A stretch of 42,165 bases of DNA from Candidatus Heimdallarchaeota archaeon (GCA_015523565.1 WAKA01000080.1:1-42165), one strand, 5' to 3'. Numbered from the stretch's first letter, positions 1 through 10,708 are shown. Numbers and translations are program-made. Notes: generated by a model not told the origin, from the sequence alone.

Positions 1-1991
1 TCAGGATATTGTGCACCCTCTAAATGCCTATAGAATGTCATTACACCTTCCTGATTGTCTTCAGGTATGAGGAAATCCCCTTGTACCATCACAGGATAAC
101 TTTTCCGGATGTGGATCAATGACTTGTAAAAATCCCTCATGGTAGTGTTCATATTATCCCACGGGAATGTTCCCCTAGTACCTGGATCACCCAAGCCTTC
201 CATTCCCACTTCATCACCATACCAAATCACAGGGGTTCCCGGATATGAGAATTGGAGGGTTGCTGCAACAAGAACCTTGTCCCCATTGCCATCAAGGACA
301 CTTTTCACCCGTGATCTGTCATGGTTTCCAAGATTTACCCACAATGAATAGAATGCCTCTTTTGGATAGTTCTCTTGTATTGCCCTCATCAATTCCATGT
401 AGGTTGTATCCAAATAGTTTCCACGCATCCAATCCAATGTGTTGAACCTGAATGGCATGTTCTGGGTGCCATCATTCTGATCACCCGTAAGCCATTGTGT
501 CGCTCGTTCCCAGATCTCACCAATTATGACCGCATCAGGGTTCGTAGCCTTGACCTTTTCCCTGATGGCCCTATTGACCAGCCTTGAATTCTGTCCGTCT
601 TGATACATGTTGTTGACATCGAGCCTGAAGCCGTCAACCCCATAGCTCATCCAATAGTCAAAGATATTGTTTGGACCAGTCACCAATTCCTCCAAGGCGG
701 GTGAATTTCCCTCGTATATGATGGTGGGGATGTGTTTCAATCCAAACCATGCATCATAGTCATGGTTGTAATCATAAAACTTGAACATGTTATAGTATGG
801 CGAAATGAAATGCTCATAGGCACCCCATGTGTCTGGGTAATAATCTGTGACATTGAAGCCAGATGCCCTGTCAAATATGTTTTGGTTTTCATATCTCTGG
901 AAATAAACCCCCTGTGCCGAAGCATGGTTGATGACTGTATCGTAGATGATTTTGATGCCATTGTTTTCCAATGTCTGCGAGAAATTGCTGAAGAATTGCA
1001 TGCTCAATGTCCTGTTGTTGATTGGTCTGCCATTTTCACGTCCCGCAAGGACACCATAATATGAGTCCAATACCCTATAGTCATCCACGGAATATCCATG
1101 ATTGTCTGGAGCCTCTGTAAAGGGGTTGAACCAAATGAAATCAATTCCAAGATCCTTAAGGTAGTCCAACTTGTCCATGACTCCTTGTAGATCTCCCCCA
1201 AAATAGTCATAGCCACCTTGTGGCTCTTCATTCCAGTTCTCGTGCTTGTAAGCGTAAATCCTCTGTTCATCTTCAGCATCCTTGATTCCATTTCCATTGG
1301 AATCCCATTCATACCAGACAACATCACCACTTGACCCGTTTCCAACAGGGTCATTTGAAGGGTCTCCATTATAGAACCTGTCAATAAAAATCTGATAGCC
1401 GACTGCTTTCTTGTGCCACTCTGGTGTCTCGAATGTGGGTTCATAGAAGACTATTGCATAATCCCCGTCTGATTGGTGGGTGTCTGTCATGTGCCCCACT
1501 CCACCCGTTTGATAAACCCTATTGTCTTCAAATTGTGATTTCACAATGTCATCATTGTAATAGTCTGTATCTGATCCGTCTGTTATGACGAATGCATAGT
1601 AAAAATCCGAAGGTTCAGTTGGACTGCTCAAAGTAACTTCCCAATAATCATAAGTATCATCGGAAGACGTGATAGCCATGTCTACATAGTTGTCTGTTCT
1701 TTGGACATTGTCCCAATATTTCAGTTGAACTTGCGTGACGTCATTTTTGTATGTTCTGATCCTTAAAGTCACATCGGTTCCAACAGGAACGGCACCAGTA
1801 CGTTGGGTTCCCCATCCTGGACTCCGATAAAATGGATCCCTTGAATCGTGGAAAACACCATCCCATTCGACATTATTGTCTTGGCTTGCATAATGCCTGA
1901 CAGGGACAAATCCTTCAGAAACAAATGAAATTGGGACTGCCAACAGCAATCCAGCCATGATCAAAAGTGTAAATGCCTTTTGCATATTCAT
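1..1991 (-). CDS. Secreted GH13 glycosidase (neopullulanase/amylopullulanase-like), 3' end runs off the window
   Basis: Not in the ORF track because it has no stop in the window. Manual translation from ATG 1991: signal peptide MNMQKAFTLLIMAGLLLAVP, then YQIFIDRFYNGD, YFGGDLQGVMDKLDYLKDLG, DTVINH (region I), DGFRLDV (II), GEIW (III), NLGNHD (IV), PGTPVIWYGDE. Confidence 0.9.
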   Translation of the reverse strand, partial: MNMQKAFTLLIMAGLLLAVPISFVSEGFVPVRHYASQDNNVEWDGVFHDSRDPFYRSPGWGTQRTGAVPVGTDVTLRIRTYKNDVTQVQLKYWDNVQRTDNYVDMAITSSDDTYDYWEVTLSSPTEPSDFYYAFVITDGSDTDYYNDDIVKSQFEDNRVYQTGGVGHMTDTHQSDGDYAIVFYEPTFETPEWHKKAVGYQIFIDRFYNGDPSNDPVGNGSSGDVVWYEWDSNGNGIKDAEDEQRIYAYKHENWNEEPQGGYDYFGGDLQGVMDKLDYLKDLGIDFIWFNPFTEAPDNHGYSVDDYRVLDSYYGVLAGRENGRPINNRTLSMQFFSNFSQTLENNGIKIIYDTVINHASAQGVYFQRYENQNIFDRASGFNVTDYYPDTWGAYEHFISPYYNMFKFYDYNHDYDAWFGLKHIPTIIYEGNSPALEELVTGPNNIFDYWMSYGVDGFRLDVNNMYQDGQNSRLVNRAIREKVKATNPDAVIIGEIWERATQWLTGDQNDGTQNMPFRFNTLDWMRGNYLDTTYMELMRAIQENYPKEAFYSLWVNLGNHDRSRVKSVLDGNGDKVLVAATLQFSYPGTPVIWYGDEVGMEGLGDPGTRGTFPWDNMNTTMRDFYKSLIHIRKSYPVMVQGDFLIPEDNQEGVMTFYRHLEGAQYP

Positions 1992-2061
1992 GAAGCTCAA
2001 TTCGTGAAGAAACTAACCAAATTAAACTGTATGTGCAAAAAATTGGAATATTTCCCTTTCC

Positions 2062-3012
2062 CTAATGTTTTTTCCGATTCTTAACCAAGATTTTTGTTCT
2101 TTTCAAAATAATTCCCATGGCAAATATTGTTGCACTAACTGAAAAGTAGGAATCATCTGCTGTTGAAGATAGTGAAGACAGGACTGTCTTACTTTGTGTT
2201 TTCTTTGTGGCTGTTGTAAATGTTATTTCGCCAATATCCATTGATGTTGCATTTGCCTTTACAATTGAGCTGTACCACACATCGACAACCAACTGAACTG
2301 ATGAGGATATCCTGGCAATCATGATGTCTTTTGTCAGGTTATAGAATGTTGCCCAGTAATCCTCGGATGTCTTTGCAATATTATCTGCCTCCAAAATTTT
2401 TGGCACTAGTTCCAACCCTGTCCTGATTGCTTCCTTTGTTGCATTGTATGTGCTATCAATATATTTTGGTTGACTGGTATTGACGTTTGCAAGTATTTCA
2501 TCCCAATATTTGTTGGGAAGTACAGTTTCAAATCTGGAATGGATCCCGTCGTTTCCTGTTTTCTGTCCATCGAAGTTGGACGTTGCATGAAATGGCTGGT
2601 TTGCATCCGCCAAATAATGTGAAAGTGCCCCAAAATAAAAGACAATGTCATTTCCATTTCTTTCTCTTATGGCTGTGGTCAATAGTTTTGAGAAATTGTC
2701 TGCGGCCCATGAAACCACTCCAAGACTATAGTCATTGGAAGACGATGATACATTGAGATCTTGATGCAGGATATCGGAATCATCATAATGTCGTGGACCC
2801 TCGGTTGGATCACTGTCTTTAATCTCATCTGGATATACTGAGGCATCTTTTATTTCTGCAAGATTCTGTTTGAGAAAATCCTTCCAATCATTTGGCATTA
2901 TTTCAATGGCTCTTGAGGCAACTTCCTCATGAACTGAGTAGCTCCATGCTTGTGATTGCGGGAAATTCACGGTTAATATTGTTATTGCAAATATTACGAC
3001 CATGGCTCGCAT
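2062..3012 (-). CDS. S1/P1 nuclease / zinc-dependent phospholipase C family protein, secreted with C-terminal membrane anchor
   Basis: Signal peptide followed by W-SYSVH (mature N-terminal Trp), PDEIK, HYDD, SHYLADANQPFH and IHSRFE Zn ligands; S/T-rich linker, hydrophobic segment and basic tail. Start placed at MRAMVV (3012) rather than 3090. Confidence 0.8.
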   Translation of the reverse strand: MRAMVVIFAITILTVNFPQSQAWSYSVHEEVASRAIEIMPNDWKDFLKQNLAEIKDASVYPDEIKDSDPTEGPRHYDDSDILHQDLNVSSSSNDYSLGVVSWAADNFSKLLTTAIRERNGNDIVFYFGALSHYLADANQPFHATSNFDGQKTGNDGIHSRFETVLPNKYWDEILANVNTSQPKYIDSTYNATKEAIRTGLELVPKILEADNIAKTSEDYWATFYNLTKDIMIARISSSVQLVVDVWYSSIVKANATSMDIGEITFTTATKKTQSKTVLSSLSSTADDSYFSVSATIFAMGIILKRTKILVKNRKKH

Positions 3013-3128
3013 ACTTACCTTTTCTCCTTTCCTATGTAAAACACAATGGTATAGGTCAATCCATAATTCCCAGTTTGACAAAAAAAACATGAGTCCATCC
3101 GAAATGATATATATGCTTTTTTTACCGC

Positions 3129-5171
3129 ATGGTTATGATTAAGTCACGCATTGTGCTTTTTACACTCATAGGTCTTTTCTTGCTTTCCATTTATTCAAAT
3201 AATGAAGTTCTTTCAAATCCACCAACACATTCCGTTTGGATGATGAACCTGTCGCTGATTGATGATTCAGACAAATTCCTGAATTCCACAAACGTTGTGA
3301 AATCCCCATTGGCGAATATTTCTCGAAGTGATGTTGCAAATTACAGTGCATCTATAGAATTTGATCCTATGACTTCAAACTATAATGTCTCAATGCAACT
3401 TGCCTTCCGTAATCCCACTTCCTCCAATTTGGTAATGCTTCCATTGAACCATTGGTTACTTTCCTTTACAGATGCGTTTCTCTCATCTGATGAAGAAAAC
3501 GATCTTGGGAATTACCCCTCTGGCTTTGACAACATTACCTTGATCTATCACAATATTTCAGTCAATGACATTCCTGTAAATTATTCTATTGTTGAATCGC
3601 ATCTTGAATTGGACTTGGAAAACGCAAGTGTTAGCATTCCTTCTGGAGGCGTTGGTTATGTCTCCATGGATTTCTCTGCCGATGTGCCGAAATCTGCCAG
3701 ACGTTATGCCAAACTTACAGATGGTGGATACACCATTTATGCAATGCCCGATATCCTCCCCCTTCTTCCTGTCTACGAGAACGGTGTTTGGAGAGCAGAT
3801 CCTTTTGATTTTAGGGGTGAACCATTTTATTCAGAAAGTGCTTTCTTCAATGTAAGTGTCACGACCCCCTCAGATTTTGTAATAGGTGCGACGGGACGTT
3901 TGGTCTCAGATCAAACAAGTAATGGGACTCGCACTCGTCTGTATGAGGCTTTCCCTGTCAGGGATTGGGCTCTTGTCGGTTCCTATAACTATTCTGTAGC
4001 GGAACAGGTTGTGAAACTTCCTAGCGGGAGAAACGTGAGTGTCCAGTCATTTTACCTAGACAGTGCGTTTGGTGCTGAACAACTGCGAGAGGGTGCAGAT
4101 TCCTTGAAATTTTATTCCAAAATGACTGGAGTTGAATATGCCTATTCTGATTACGTACTTGCACAAGTTTTCAATGTTTTCTACGGTGGAATGGAATATC
4201 CCCAACTTGTTCTTGATGCCTCCTCTTCTGATAATGTAGTTGCCCACGAGACAGCGCACCAATGGAATTGGGTGATGATTGGTGTTGACCAACCCCATGA
4301 GACATGGCTGGATGAGGGACTTACCTCTTATTGGACAGATGAATATAGGTTTGCAAAAGGACGGATCACACGTGATCAAATTGGGAATTACTACAACAAT
4401 ATCTATTTTGACCGTTACGTTGAATCTCCAGATATAATCAATGAAACAATCTATGAGGCACAGGATTTTATAATCATGAGCTATGTCAAAATGCCTGCTG
4501 TTCTTCATGATTTGGAGCATTTGATTGGTGAACCTTTATTCAAGGTTATTTTACAAAATTTTTACCGTGAGAATAGGTTCGGCATCGGAAAAAGCTATGA
4601 ATTGGTGGACACGTTTGCAAAAGCCTTGGGAAAGGACTGGGTTCGTGATTATTTTGACTATTTCCTCAACACCCCTGAGCTTCCCTATTACAAGAATACT
4701 GTTGACATACTGTCTGCCAATGCAACACACACCGTGATTGAGTTGAACATAACTGATTTTACGCCAAATATTCCCCAGCGAATCGATCTTGACCATACAG
4801 ACAACAATGTCCGTGTTGATGCCTCCATCATGTTTGACGGCAACAAGAGCCTAATCTGGGCAGTATCCTCTCCAAAAATCGAAAGCATTTACATAGACCC
4901 TCTCCGACAAAATCTGGCATCATATAATCATCGAATATACTACCTTTCTTCCCTTTATCCCACTACCACCGAAACCACTTCAGAGGTGCAAACAAATTCA
5001 ACTTCCCCTGTAACCTCTTCAAACACCACTACTGTTTCGTCAATCACGAACACCAATACCTCAACCCTTTCAGTTCCTGAAACATCCCCATCTTCCACCA
5101 AAAAAAGTTATTATCCTGTCATTGGACTGTTCGTATTGCCTTTATTCCTATTAAGGAAGAAAAAGTCCTGA
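3129..5171 (+). CDS. M1-family zinc aminopeptidase, secreted and C-terminally anchored
   Basis: GGMEYP exopeptidase motif, HETAHQW...WLDEG zinc motif, N-terminal signal, S/T-rich linker, then SYYPVIGLFVLPLFLLRKKKS anchor. Confidence 0.88.
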   Translation: MVMIKSRIVLFTLIGLFLLSIYSNNEVLSNPPTHSVWMMNLSLIDDSDKFLNSTNVVKSPLANISRSDVANYSASIEFDPMTSNYNVSMQLAFRNPTSSNLVMLPLNHWLLSFTDAFLSSDEENDLGNYPSGFDNITLIYHNISVNDIPVNYSIVESHLELDLENASVSIPSGGVGYVSMDFSADVPKSARRYAKLTDGGYTIYAMPDILPLLPVYENGVWRADPFDFRGEPFYSESAFFNVSVTTPSDFVIGATGRLVSDQTSNGTRTRLYEAFPVRDWALVGSYNYSVAEQVVKLPSGRNVSVQSFYLDSAFGAEQLREGADSLKFYSKMTGVEYAYSDYVLAQVFNVFYGGMEYPQLVLDASSSDNVVAHETAHQWNWVMIGVDQPHETWLDEGLTSYWTDEYRFAKGRITRDQIGNYYNNIYFDRYVESPDIINETIYEAQDFIIMSYVKMPAVLHDLEHLIGEPLFKVILQNFYRENRFGIGKSYELVDTFAKALGKDWVRDYFDYFLNTPELPYYKNTVDILSANATHTVIELNITDFTPNIPQRIDLDHTDNNVRVDASIMFDGNKSLIWAVSSPKIESIYIDPLRQNLASYNHRIYYLSSLYPTTTETTSEVQTNSTSPVTSSNTTTVSSITNTNTSTLSVPETSPSSTKKSYYPVIGLFVLPLFLLRKKKS

Positions 5172-5279
5172 TCCATTTTCATTATTTTTTCCTATACATT
5201 CAGAGATTTTTTACCCGCATCAATTTTCCCACATAATGATCGAAAAATATTTAGTCTGAGAATTCCAAAAGAATTCATA

Positions 5280-5840
5280 TTGAACCAAAATGCCATTGAA
5301 GCAGAGCCCAACATGGGGGATGTCATTTCTCAAGTTTTTGTAATTCATAAAAGTGGTGTTGTTGTTCTTTCTCGTATTTATCAAGAAAGTTGTCTCTCAT
5401 CAGACCCACAGTTGATTGGCGGAATTCTATCTGCCTTGATAACCTTGATCCAATATGATACGGGAAATGGGAAGTATTGTGTTTGGGAGGCAGATGGTAA
5501 GCACAGGCTAAGGGATATCGGCATGAGCTGTTCACGTTGGTTCATCGTTTCACACATGGATTTCACTTTGGCTGTTTTGGTGCCCCATTCTTCCCCCTTA
5601 GTGAAATTAGAGCGTTATGATGCAATCCAAAAATTAAATGAGGCAATCTTAAATTCATTCGCAATCTTCTTCGAATTCGACGATTCTTTTGTGGATGGAG
5701 AGATTCAAGGGATAAAGGATTACTCTATTGAATTTGGGAATATGCTGGACAGTTTGATTTTTGAAAACCTCTATGATAACTTGGGGATAGAAATAAAATT
5801 CGAAAAGGGAGAGTTTTTTGATCTGGACAATTTAATATAA
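5280..5840 (+). CDS. Stand-alone longin/roadblock-like domain protein (Asgard type)
   Basis: VFVIHKSGVVVLSRIY...DPQLIGGILSALITL matches the beta-hairpin + helix start typical of Asgard longin domains. The start could be ATG at 5313. Confidence 0.65.
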   Translation: MNQNAIEAEPNMGDVISQVFVIHKSGVVVLSRIYQESCLSSDPQLIGGILSALITLIQYDTGNGKYCVWEADGKHRLRDIGMSCSRWFIVSHMDFTLAVLVPHSSPLVKLERYDAIQKLNEAILNSFAIFFEFDDSFVDGEIQGIKDYSIEFGNMLDSLIFENLYDNLGIEIKFEKGEFFDLDNLI

Positions 5841-8339
5841 TGAATAAAACAGTTTTATAATCTCCTTTTCCGCAACAAGTTTTCCATTGCTTATCCCTTT
5901 TTCAATATGGATCTGTATTCTCCTGATCAACGATCTGAAAGTCAGTTGACTTATCTTCTTTCTTGGTGTCTCAAAAAGGATAACTCGAAAATTGCCCAGT
6001 GATTTGCTGAACAACACGGCGTCCCTGAAAAATGCGGCATTGATCTCCTCATGTGTTTCCTTGATTTCTTTCACAATATCTTCGATGCTTCGCAAGAAAT
6101 GATTTACCAACATTGTAATTATCTCAGTATCCTTTATGTTTTTTCCAACCTTGAAAATAATGTCTCGATTGTAATAGATCAAAAGATTGACTGTTTCTTC
6201 TTTTGTGCCTGTATTTATGAGGGTCGGTGTGTATATCAACAAATCCTCCGAACTTTTTTTAATGAAGCTATGGATCTTTTCCAGCAAGTCCGAAGAGATC
6301 AATGAGTGTCTTTCCTTTATGAAAAAATTAAGGATTTGAATTAATTCATAGTCATACCCATTTGCAAGATGCCAAATAACAAGATCTCGGCATCCATTCA
6401 GATAAGAATCACCTTTTTCGATGTTCCCCAAACGGTAATGAACCAATGCATAAAGGAATAGAATATACGTTTGCAAGAGGAGTTGTTTATACCGAACCGA
6501 TAGGTTATGGAGAATTTTAAATGCAAAATCTATTTTCTTTTGAATTACCTTGAAATCCCCAGTCCCCTTTTCTTCCATCTCCTTTAATGACAGTCTAATG
6601 ATATTGAAAAAGTAATTGATTATTGAGGGAACCTCATTTGCCATTGCCTGTTTCAATGTTTCATTTGCATCAAAATCCATAACTGAATTAAAAAACATGA
6701 ACAGGTTATGGTAGTGCGTTTTTTGCTTCTCCATGAATCCTTGCGAAAAATGGTTATTTTGTGCTGACCCAAAAAATGCATGTCGATATTTCTTTTTTTC
6801 TATTTTGTTTGCTATCCAAATAAGATGGACAATGTTCTCCTCAATATTGTCTACTGCATAGAAGACACCTTTTCCTTTTCTTGGTTTTCCCCTTCTGATC
6901 TGTAAATGCAGGGACAATGGATTTACATCTTCCATCATTTGGAGAAACCATTCCGTATCTTTGTCTTTCCTTGAGTACAAGACAAGATTAATGCGTGAAT
7001 AGTCTGCAGGTTCTATTTCATAGGGGGATGTACATATCTTGGTTCTATCACTTATATAGGGAAGTTCCTCTAATTTTTCAAAACAATCCCTGAATTTTGA
7101 TTTTTCTGGAAGTATCAATATTATGTCGGGTTGTATTGCCGTTTCAATTTCTTTTGTTATTTTTCTTTTTTTCTTTGGTTTTTTCCTTTGTTTCCCCGTT
7201 TCCAGATTTTCCCTTATCCCGAAAAATCGATATGCCAATCCATCCAAGATACTTTGTTCTTCAAAATCAATTGATGTGGTTGCATTACCCTCTTCACTCA
7301 GCCATTTAATGGCTTCTTTGGCGAACCCGATCAATCTAATCTCCATTATTTTCGAAGGATGACTTGAAAGTAATGTGAAAACGTAATTGTTTATGTAATA
7401 CACTAATATCCTTCCTGAACTGAACCATACGTCTTCCAATCTTTCATTTTTTTGGTAGATCTCTTTAATTAGGTCGGACAATGCAATCATAAAGGTTCCC
7501 AGCAACAGTGGCGCAGTAGTTTCATTTTTATCTAGACCATATATGTTGACTGTTTTGTGAGAAATGGAAATGGAATCCAATGGGTTATTTGGGGGTTCAA
7601 TTCTATATGGATTGAAGATTAAAAGCTCCATCCAATTTGTTTGCAAGAACTTTCGAAACTGTTCTTGAAATGTTATGGAATAGATTTCTCCCTTTTCAAT
7701 AAGTTTTGTTATCTCAATTGCTCTTTCCAAAAAATTAGTTGCTCCCTCTGTGGCATTCAGGGTCTCTTGTAAATAAAGAAGGTTTTTTCCATGATCCAGC
7801 AATCGCTTTGATTTGCCATCCTGTTTTTTGACTTTATGACCCCATCCTTCCAATATTGCCAAAAACCCAGCCATGGTCAATTGTGCATTCAATTCCAGAT
7901 GTGCCCGCAATTCATGTACATTTACAATAAAAATGTCAATGAATGACGGCTCATTAAAAATAACTTCAACTAATAGCCTCGCCAATGCCATCCTTCCTTC
8001 AATCAACCAAAAAATTTCCTCATTGTCTGCTGGATCTGGATTTTCAATGGTGAATACGTGAATTGCCTCGTGTGTGATGAACTCAAATGCATGTATAAAT
8101 TGTTTTTCGGAATCTGTTTTTTCCTTGGTCTTCTCATTGTATTGCCCAATAATAACTTTTGAAGGAAACCTTTGTTTTAAATAATTTATAAAGCCTTGAT
8201 CGTTCCAAGGATTTATGGTTATGTCATTGGGGATTATCAGCTTTATATCCGCATAGTTTTGCAAATAAAATAATGCGGTAAATGGATTAATTACTGAATT
8301 AGGTTCCGTTCCAACCCTTAAAATCACAAGGCTCCACAA
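5832..8339 (-). CDS. Multidomain protein: 2 x [degenerate receiver-like domain - helical bundle - longin-like domain]
   Basis: 835-aa ORF. Receiver-like ALFYLQNYADIKLIIPND...FINYLKQRFPSKVII and INLVLYS...FLQMMEDVNPLS; longin-like LLLGTFMIALSDLIKEI...LEDVWFSSGRILVY and MLVNHFLRSIEDIVKEI...AAFFRDAVLFSK. Confidence 0.6.
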   Translation of the reverse strand: MWSLVILRVGTEPNSVINPFTALFYLQNYADIKLIIPNDITINPWNDQGFINYLKQRFPSKVIIGQYNEKTKEKTDSEKQFIHAFEFITHEAIHVFTIENPDPADNEEIFWLIEGRMALARLLVEVIFNEPSFIDIFIVNVHELRAHLELNAQLTMAGFLAILEGWGHKVKKQDGKSKRLLDHGKNLLYLQETLNATEGATNFLERAIEITKLIEKGEIYSITFQEQFRKFLQTNWMELLIFNPYRIEPPNNPLDSISISHKTVNIYGLDKNETTAPLLLGTFMIALSDLIKEIYQKNERLEDVWFSSGRILVYYINNYVFTLLSSHPSKIMEIRLIGFAKEAIKWLSEEGNATTSIDFEEQSILDGLAYRFFGIRENLETGKQRKKPKKKRKITKEIETAIQPDIILILPEKSKFRDCFEKLEELPYISDRTKICTSPYEIEPADYSRINLVLYSRKDKDTEWFLQMMEDVNPLSLHLQIRRGKPRKGKGVFYAVDNIEENIVHLIWIANKIEKKKYRHAFFGSAQNNHFSQGFMEKQKTHYHNLFMFFNSVMDFDANETLKQAMANEVPSIINYFFNIIRLSLKEMEEKGTGDFKVIQKKIDFAFKILHNLSVRYKQLLLQTYILFLYALVHYRLGNIEKGDSYLNGCRDLVIWHLANGYDYELIQILNFFIKERHSLISSDLLEKIHSFIKKSSEDLLIYTPTLINTGTKEETVNLLIYYNRDIIFKVGKNIKDTEIITMLVNHFLRSIEDIVKEIKETHEEINAAFFRDAVLFSKSLGNFRVILFETPRKKISQLTFRSLIRRIQIHIEKGISNGKLVAEKEIIKLFYSLY

Positions 8340-8560
8340 TAAGATATCGTAATCTTATAAATAAATATAATCAACCAATTAAAATCAACCATTCGAGATA
8401 TTTCCCATGAAGCCAGTGCACCCCATAAATCCTTTGAAAATTTGTTAAACGCAATCTCAACCTTTGTTTCTTTTGGAAATTCCCAATAAAACAGAGTGCT
8501 ATGGAATGTTTATTGATTTAACTGTTTCTTGCAATTTTGACCCCATGATTCAATGGAGGG

Positions 8561-9346
8561 TCATTTATTCTCTTTTTTTTTCACCAATTTTTCTAGTGTT
8601 TCAATATATGTGGTAATCATATGTGAATCAAGAGAGACACTTTCCAAAAATTCAATGACGGATTCGATTGTAGCCTCTAATTTTTCAAACCAATTGGGGT
8701 TCATGATTATTTTTTCGTTGTTATCTATTAGGACGTAGTTTTTGACATGACGATACCCAAAACTTTTCGGTGGGACTTTTCCGACTGGATCGACATCGTT
8801 TAATATGACATGGCTGTTGTCTATGGTTTTATTGAATTTCTTTGCAAATTGCTTATTGCCTGTTCTTGGCATTCCAAATGCGGTGAAATAAGTGGGAAGA
8901 TGATATTTCCTTTTGATTTCCATAGCCGCAATCGCTCCAATTCCTGCGCCCATGGAATATCCGATCACATCCATCTCTTTTACCGAATTCTTTGCGGCCA
9001 TAAGTTCCTCTATTTTCCTGAACAAGAGTCCCCTTATATCAAGAAACCCTTCCAAAAAACCTGTGTGTACCTTTGGCTTGCAAATGGGTCGTCTTGTTTT
9101 TGGGTATGGGGTTAAAATGATGTTCAGGTCCGTTAACAAATCCTTTTCCGAATTTGTTCCTCTAAATACCACCACAATGGAATCAATCCCTTCAGCAATA
9201 TACCCTTGGATGTCATTCTTGTCAAAAAAGTAAAACAATTCAAATCCAAGTGGTCTGATACCCTCTCCAATTTTCTTTTCATCCTTAAATGCAAGGTATG
9301 CCATTGTTGCATAGTCCCTTGCTTTTTGTACCGAAAAGTCTTTCAT
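8561..9346 (-). CDS. Class 3 lipase (Lipase_3 family)
   Basis: VVVFRGT, VHTGF, nucleophile GYSMG, FGMPRTGN, DPVGKVPP and a C-terminal His (SHMI). Confidence 0.88.
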   Translation of the reverse strand: MKDFSVQKARDYATMAYLAFKDEKKIGEGIRPLGFELFYFFDKNDIQGYIAEGIDSIVVVFRGTNSEKDLLTDLNIILTPYPKTRRPICKPKVHTGFLEGFLDIRGLLFRKIEELMAAKNSVKEMDVIGYSMGAGIGAIAAMEIKRKYHLPTYFTAFGMPRTGNKQFAKKFNKTIDNSHVILNDVDPVGKVPPKSFGYRHVKNYVLIDNNEKIIMNPNWFEKLEATIESVIEFLESVSLDSHMITTYIETLEKLVKKKENK

Positions 9347-9394
9347 TCTAGTTAAATTCCCTCTTTTCCCAATTTAAAGATTTCAGATTCACGA

Positions 9395-10708
9395 TCAAAA
9401 TCCAAAATATTTTTTGGCCAATTCATCAATTTGATTCATTACTTCCAACGGAATTGAATTGTATGTCTCAATGTTTGCCTCTTTAAAAATTTCTTTTGTA
9501 TATGTGGCGAACTCTTTAAGGGCAACTTTGTCCCTGAATTCCTTATGTGTTGTAAACAATATGAATGTAAATTGATCTAACGGGTAGACATAAATAGCCC
9601 CTTTTTTGAAGTAAATTCTTTCTAGAATTTCCTTATCCCCAAATTCATTGACAAGGGTCATTAATGCAGTGACAAAGTTTCCAAGCAATATTGGTAATTC
9701 TGGATTTCCACCTTTCAAGTTTGATCTGCTATAAATGGTTAGCATATTGGTTGTAATGCTAATAGCATGTTTCAGCTTATTCGATGGTAAAGTTTCAGCA
9801 CCAAAAAATGGTTCCTTCAGCCATATTAGTTCTTCAACAGGGATGTTCAACAGCGTTTCAAGTGTAAAGATAAAATCTTTCTCTGCATTTTCCACTTGGA
9901 ATTCTTCTATTAAGGAAAGATAAAAGAAACCAATGGTGTCAAAAATGCTGATAATGTCAATTTCCTTATTGTTCTTTTGGAACCATTGTTTCATTTGATC
10001 AGCCGCCAAGAATGTCCCTTCTGCATTTTTCCGGTCCCCTATGGAATGGAAAATCAAGGATCTCAAGTAAAGGGAAAACATCATCAAGACTTTTTGATTG
10101 AAATATGTCCCTATCAGTTCCATTTGGTTTATTGCATTGAAAATTGTTTTCAGGTATTGGATGTTCTTTTTCTTATAGACCCCTTTTTGATAAAGCAATT
10201 TCGCCGCCAACCCGATTATTGCTTTCAATCCCACAATATATTCAATCAACAAATTCCCAAACTGTCTTTTTTTCTTTGCCTCATTCAATCCCATTACCAA
10301 TTCCAAAAAATTCGCGTCAATCAAGGATTCTAGGTATTCTTCCAATGCCTCTTGTTCAACACCATTCCTGATTCTTTGCAGTTGAACTTTTTTCAGCAAA
10401 AAGTTTTCTACCATTGTTGACTGTGTGTAATGCAATAGATAATTGTTATGCAATTCATTCATCTTTTTGAGAATGCTTCCCCACCCATCATTAATTGTGA
10501 AAAATCCATGGATAAGACCGTCCTCTTCCATATTCAAAACGGTGGGCTTTATTCCCTCGTCCACATTGATCAAAAACCTGTATCTGTCAGGATATCTTTG
10601 TTTTATATGATCCATCAGTAAGATTATATTTGCAATCCAATCTTCCTCCCAGTCCCTCATATCTGCTAAGACACAAAAAGACGTTCCTTTTCCAAGTTGG
10701 TAAGTCAC
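9395..10708 (-). CDS. Receiver-like - helical - longin-like protein, paralog of the modules in 5832..8339
   Basis: CVLADMR...IKQRYPDRYRFLI...GLIHGFFT (receiver-like); C-terminal PILLGNFVTALMTLVNEFGDKEILERIYFKKGAIYVY (longin-like). The frame stays open upstream to 10810, so the true start may be about 10807. Confidence 0.6.
   Translation of the reverse strand: MTYQLGKGTSFCVLADMRDWEEDWIANIILLMDHIKQRYPDRYRFLINVDEGIKPTVLNMEEDGLIHGFFTINDGWGSILKKMNELHNNYLLHYTQSTMVENFLLKKVQLQRIRNGVEQEALEEYLESLIDANFLELVMGLNEAKKKRQFGNLLIEYIVGLKAIIGLAAKLLYQKGVYKKKNIQYLKTIFNAINQMELIGTYFNQKVLMMFSLYLRSLIFHSIGDRKNAEGTFLAADQMKQWFQKNNKEIDIISIFDTIGFFYLSLIEEFQVENAEKDFIFTLETLLNIPVEELIWLKEPFFGAETLPSNKLKHAISITTNMLTIYSRSNLKGGNPELPILLGNFVTALMTLVNEFGDKEILERIYFKKGAIYVYPLDQFTFILFTTHKEFRDKVALKEFATYTKEIFKEANIETYNSIPLEVMNQIDELAKKYFGF

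Noticed and set aside
139-1444. Short ORFs in the track at the window start
   Set aside because: They are shadow or alternate frames of the GH13 gene on the minus strand.
1992-2061. Shared sugar-regulon operator upstream of both amylases
   Set aside because: Only TGTGCAA is shared, which is too short, and no TATCAC-N5-GTGATA-type site was seen.
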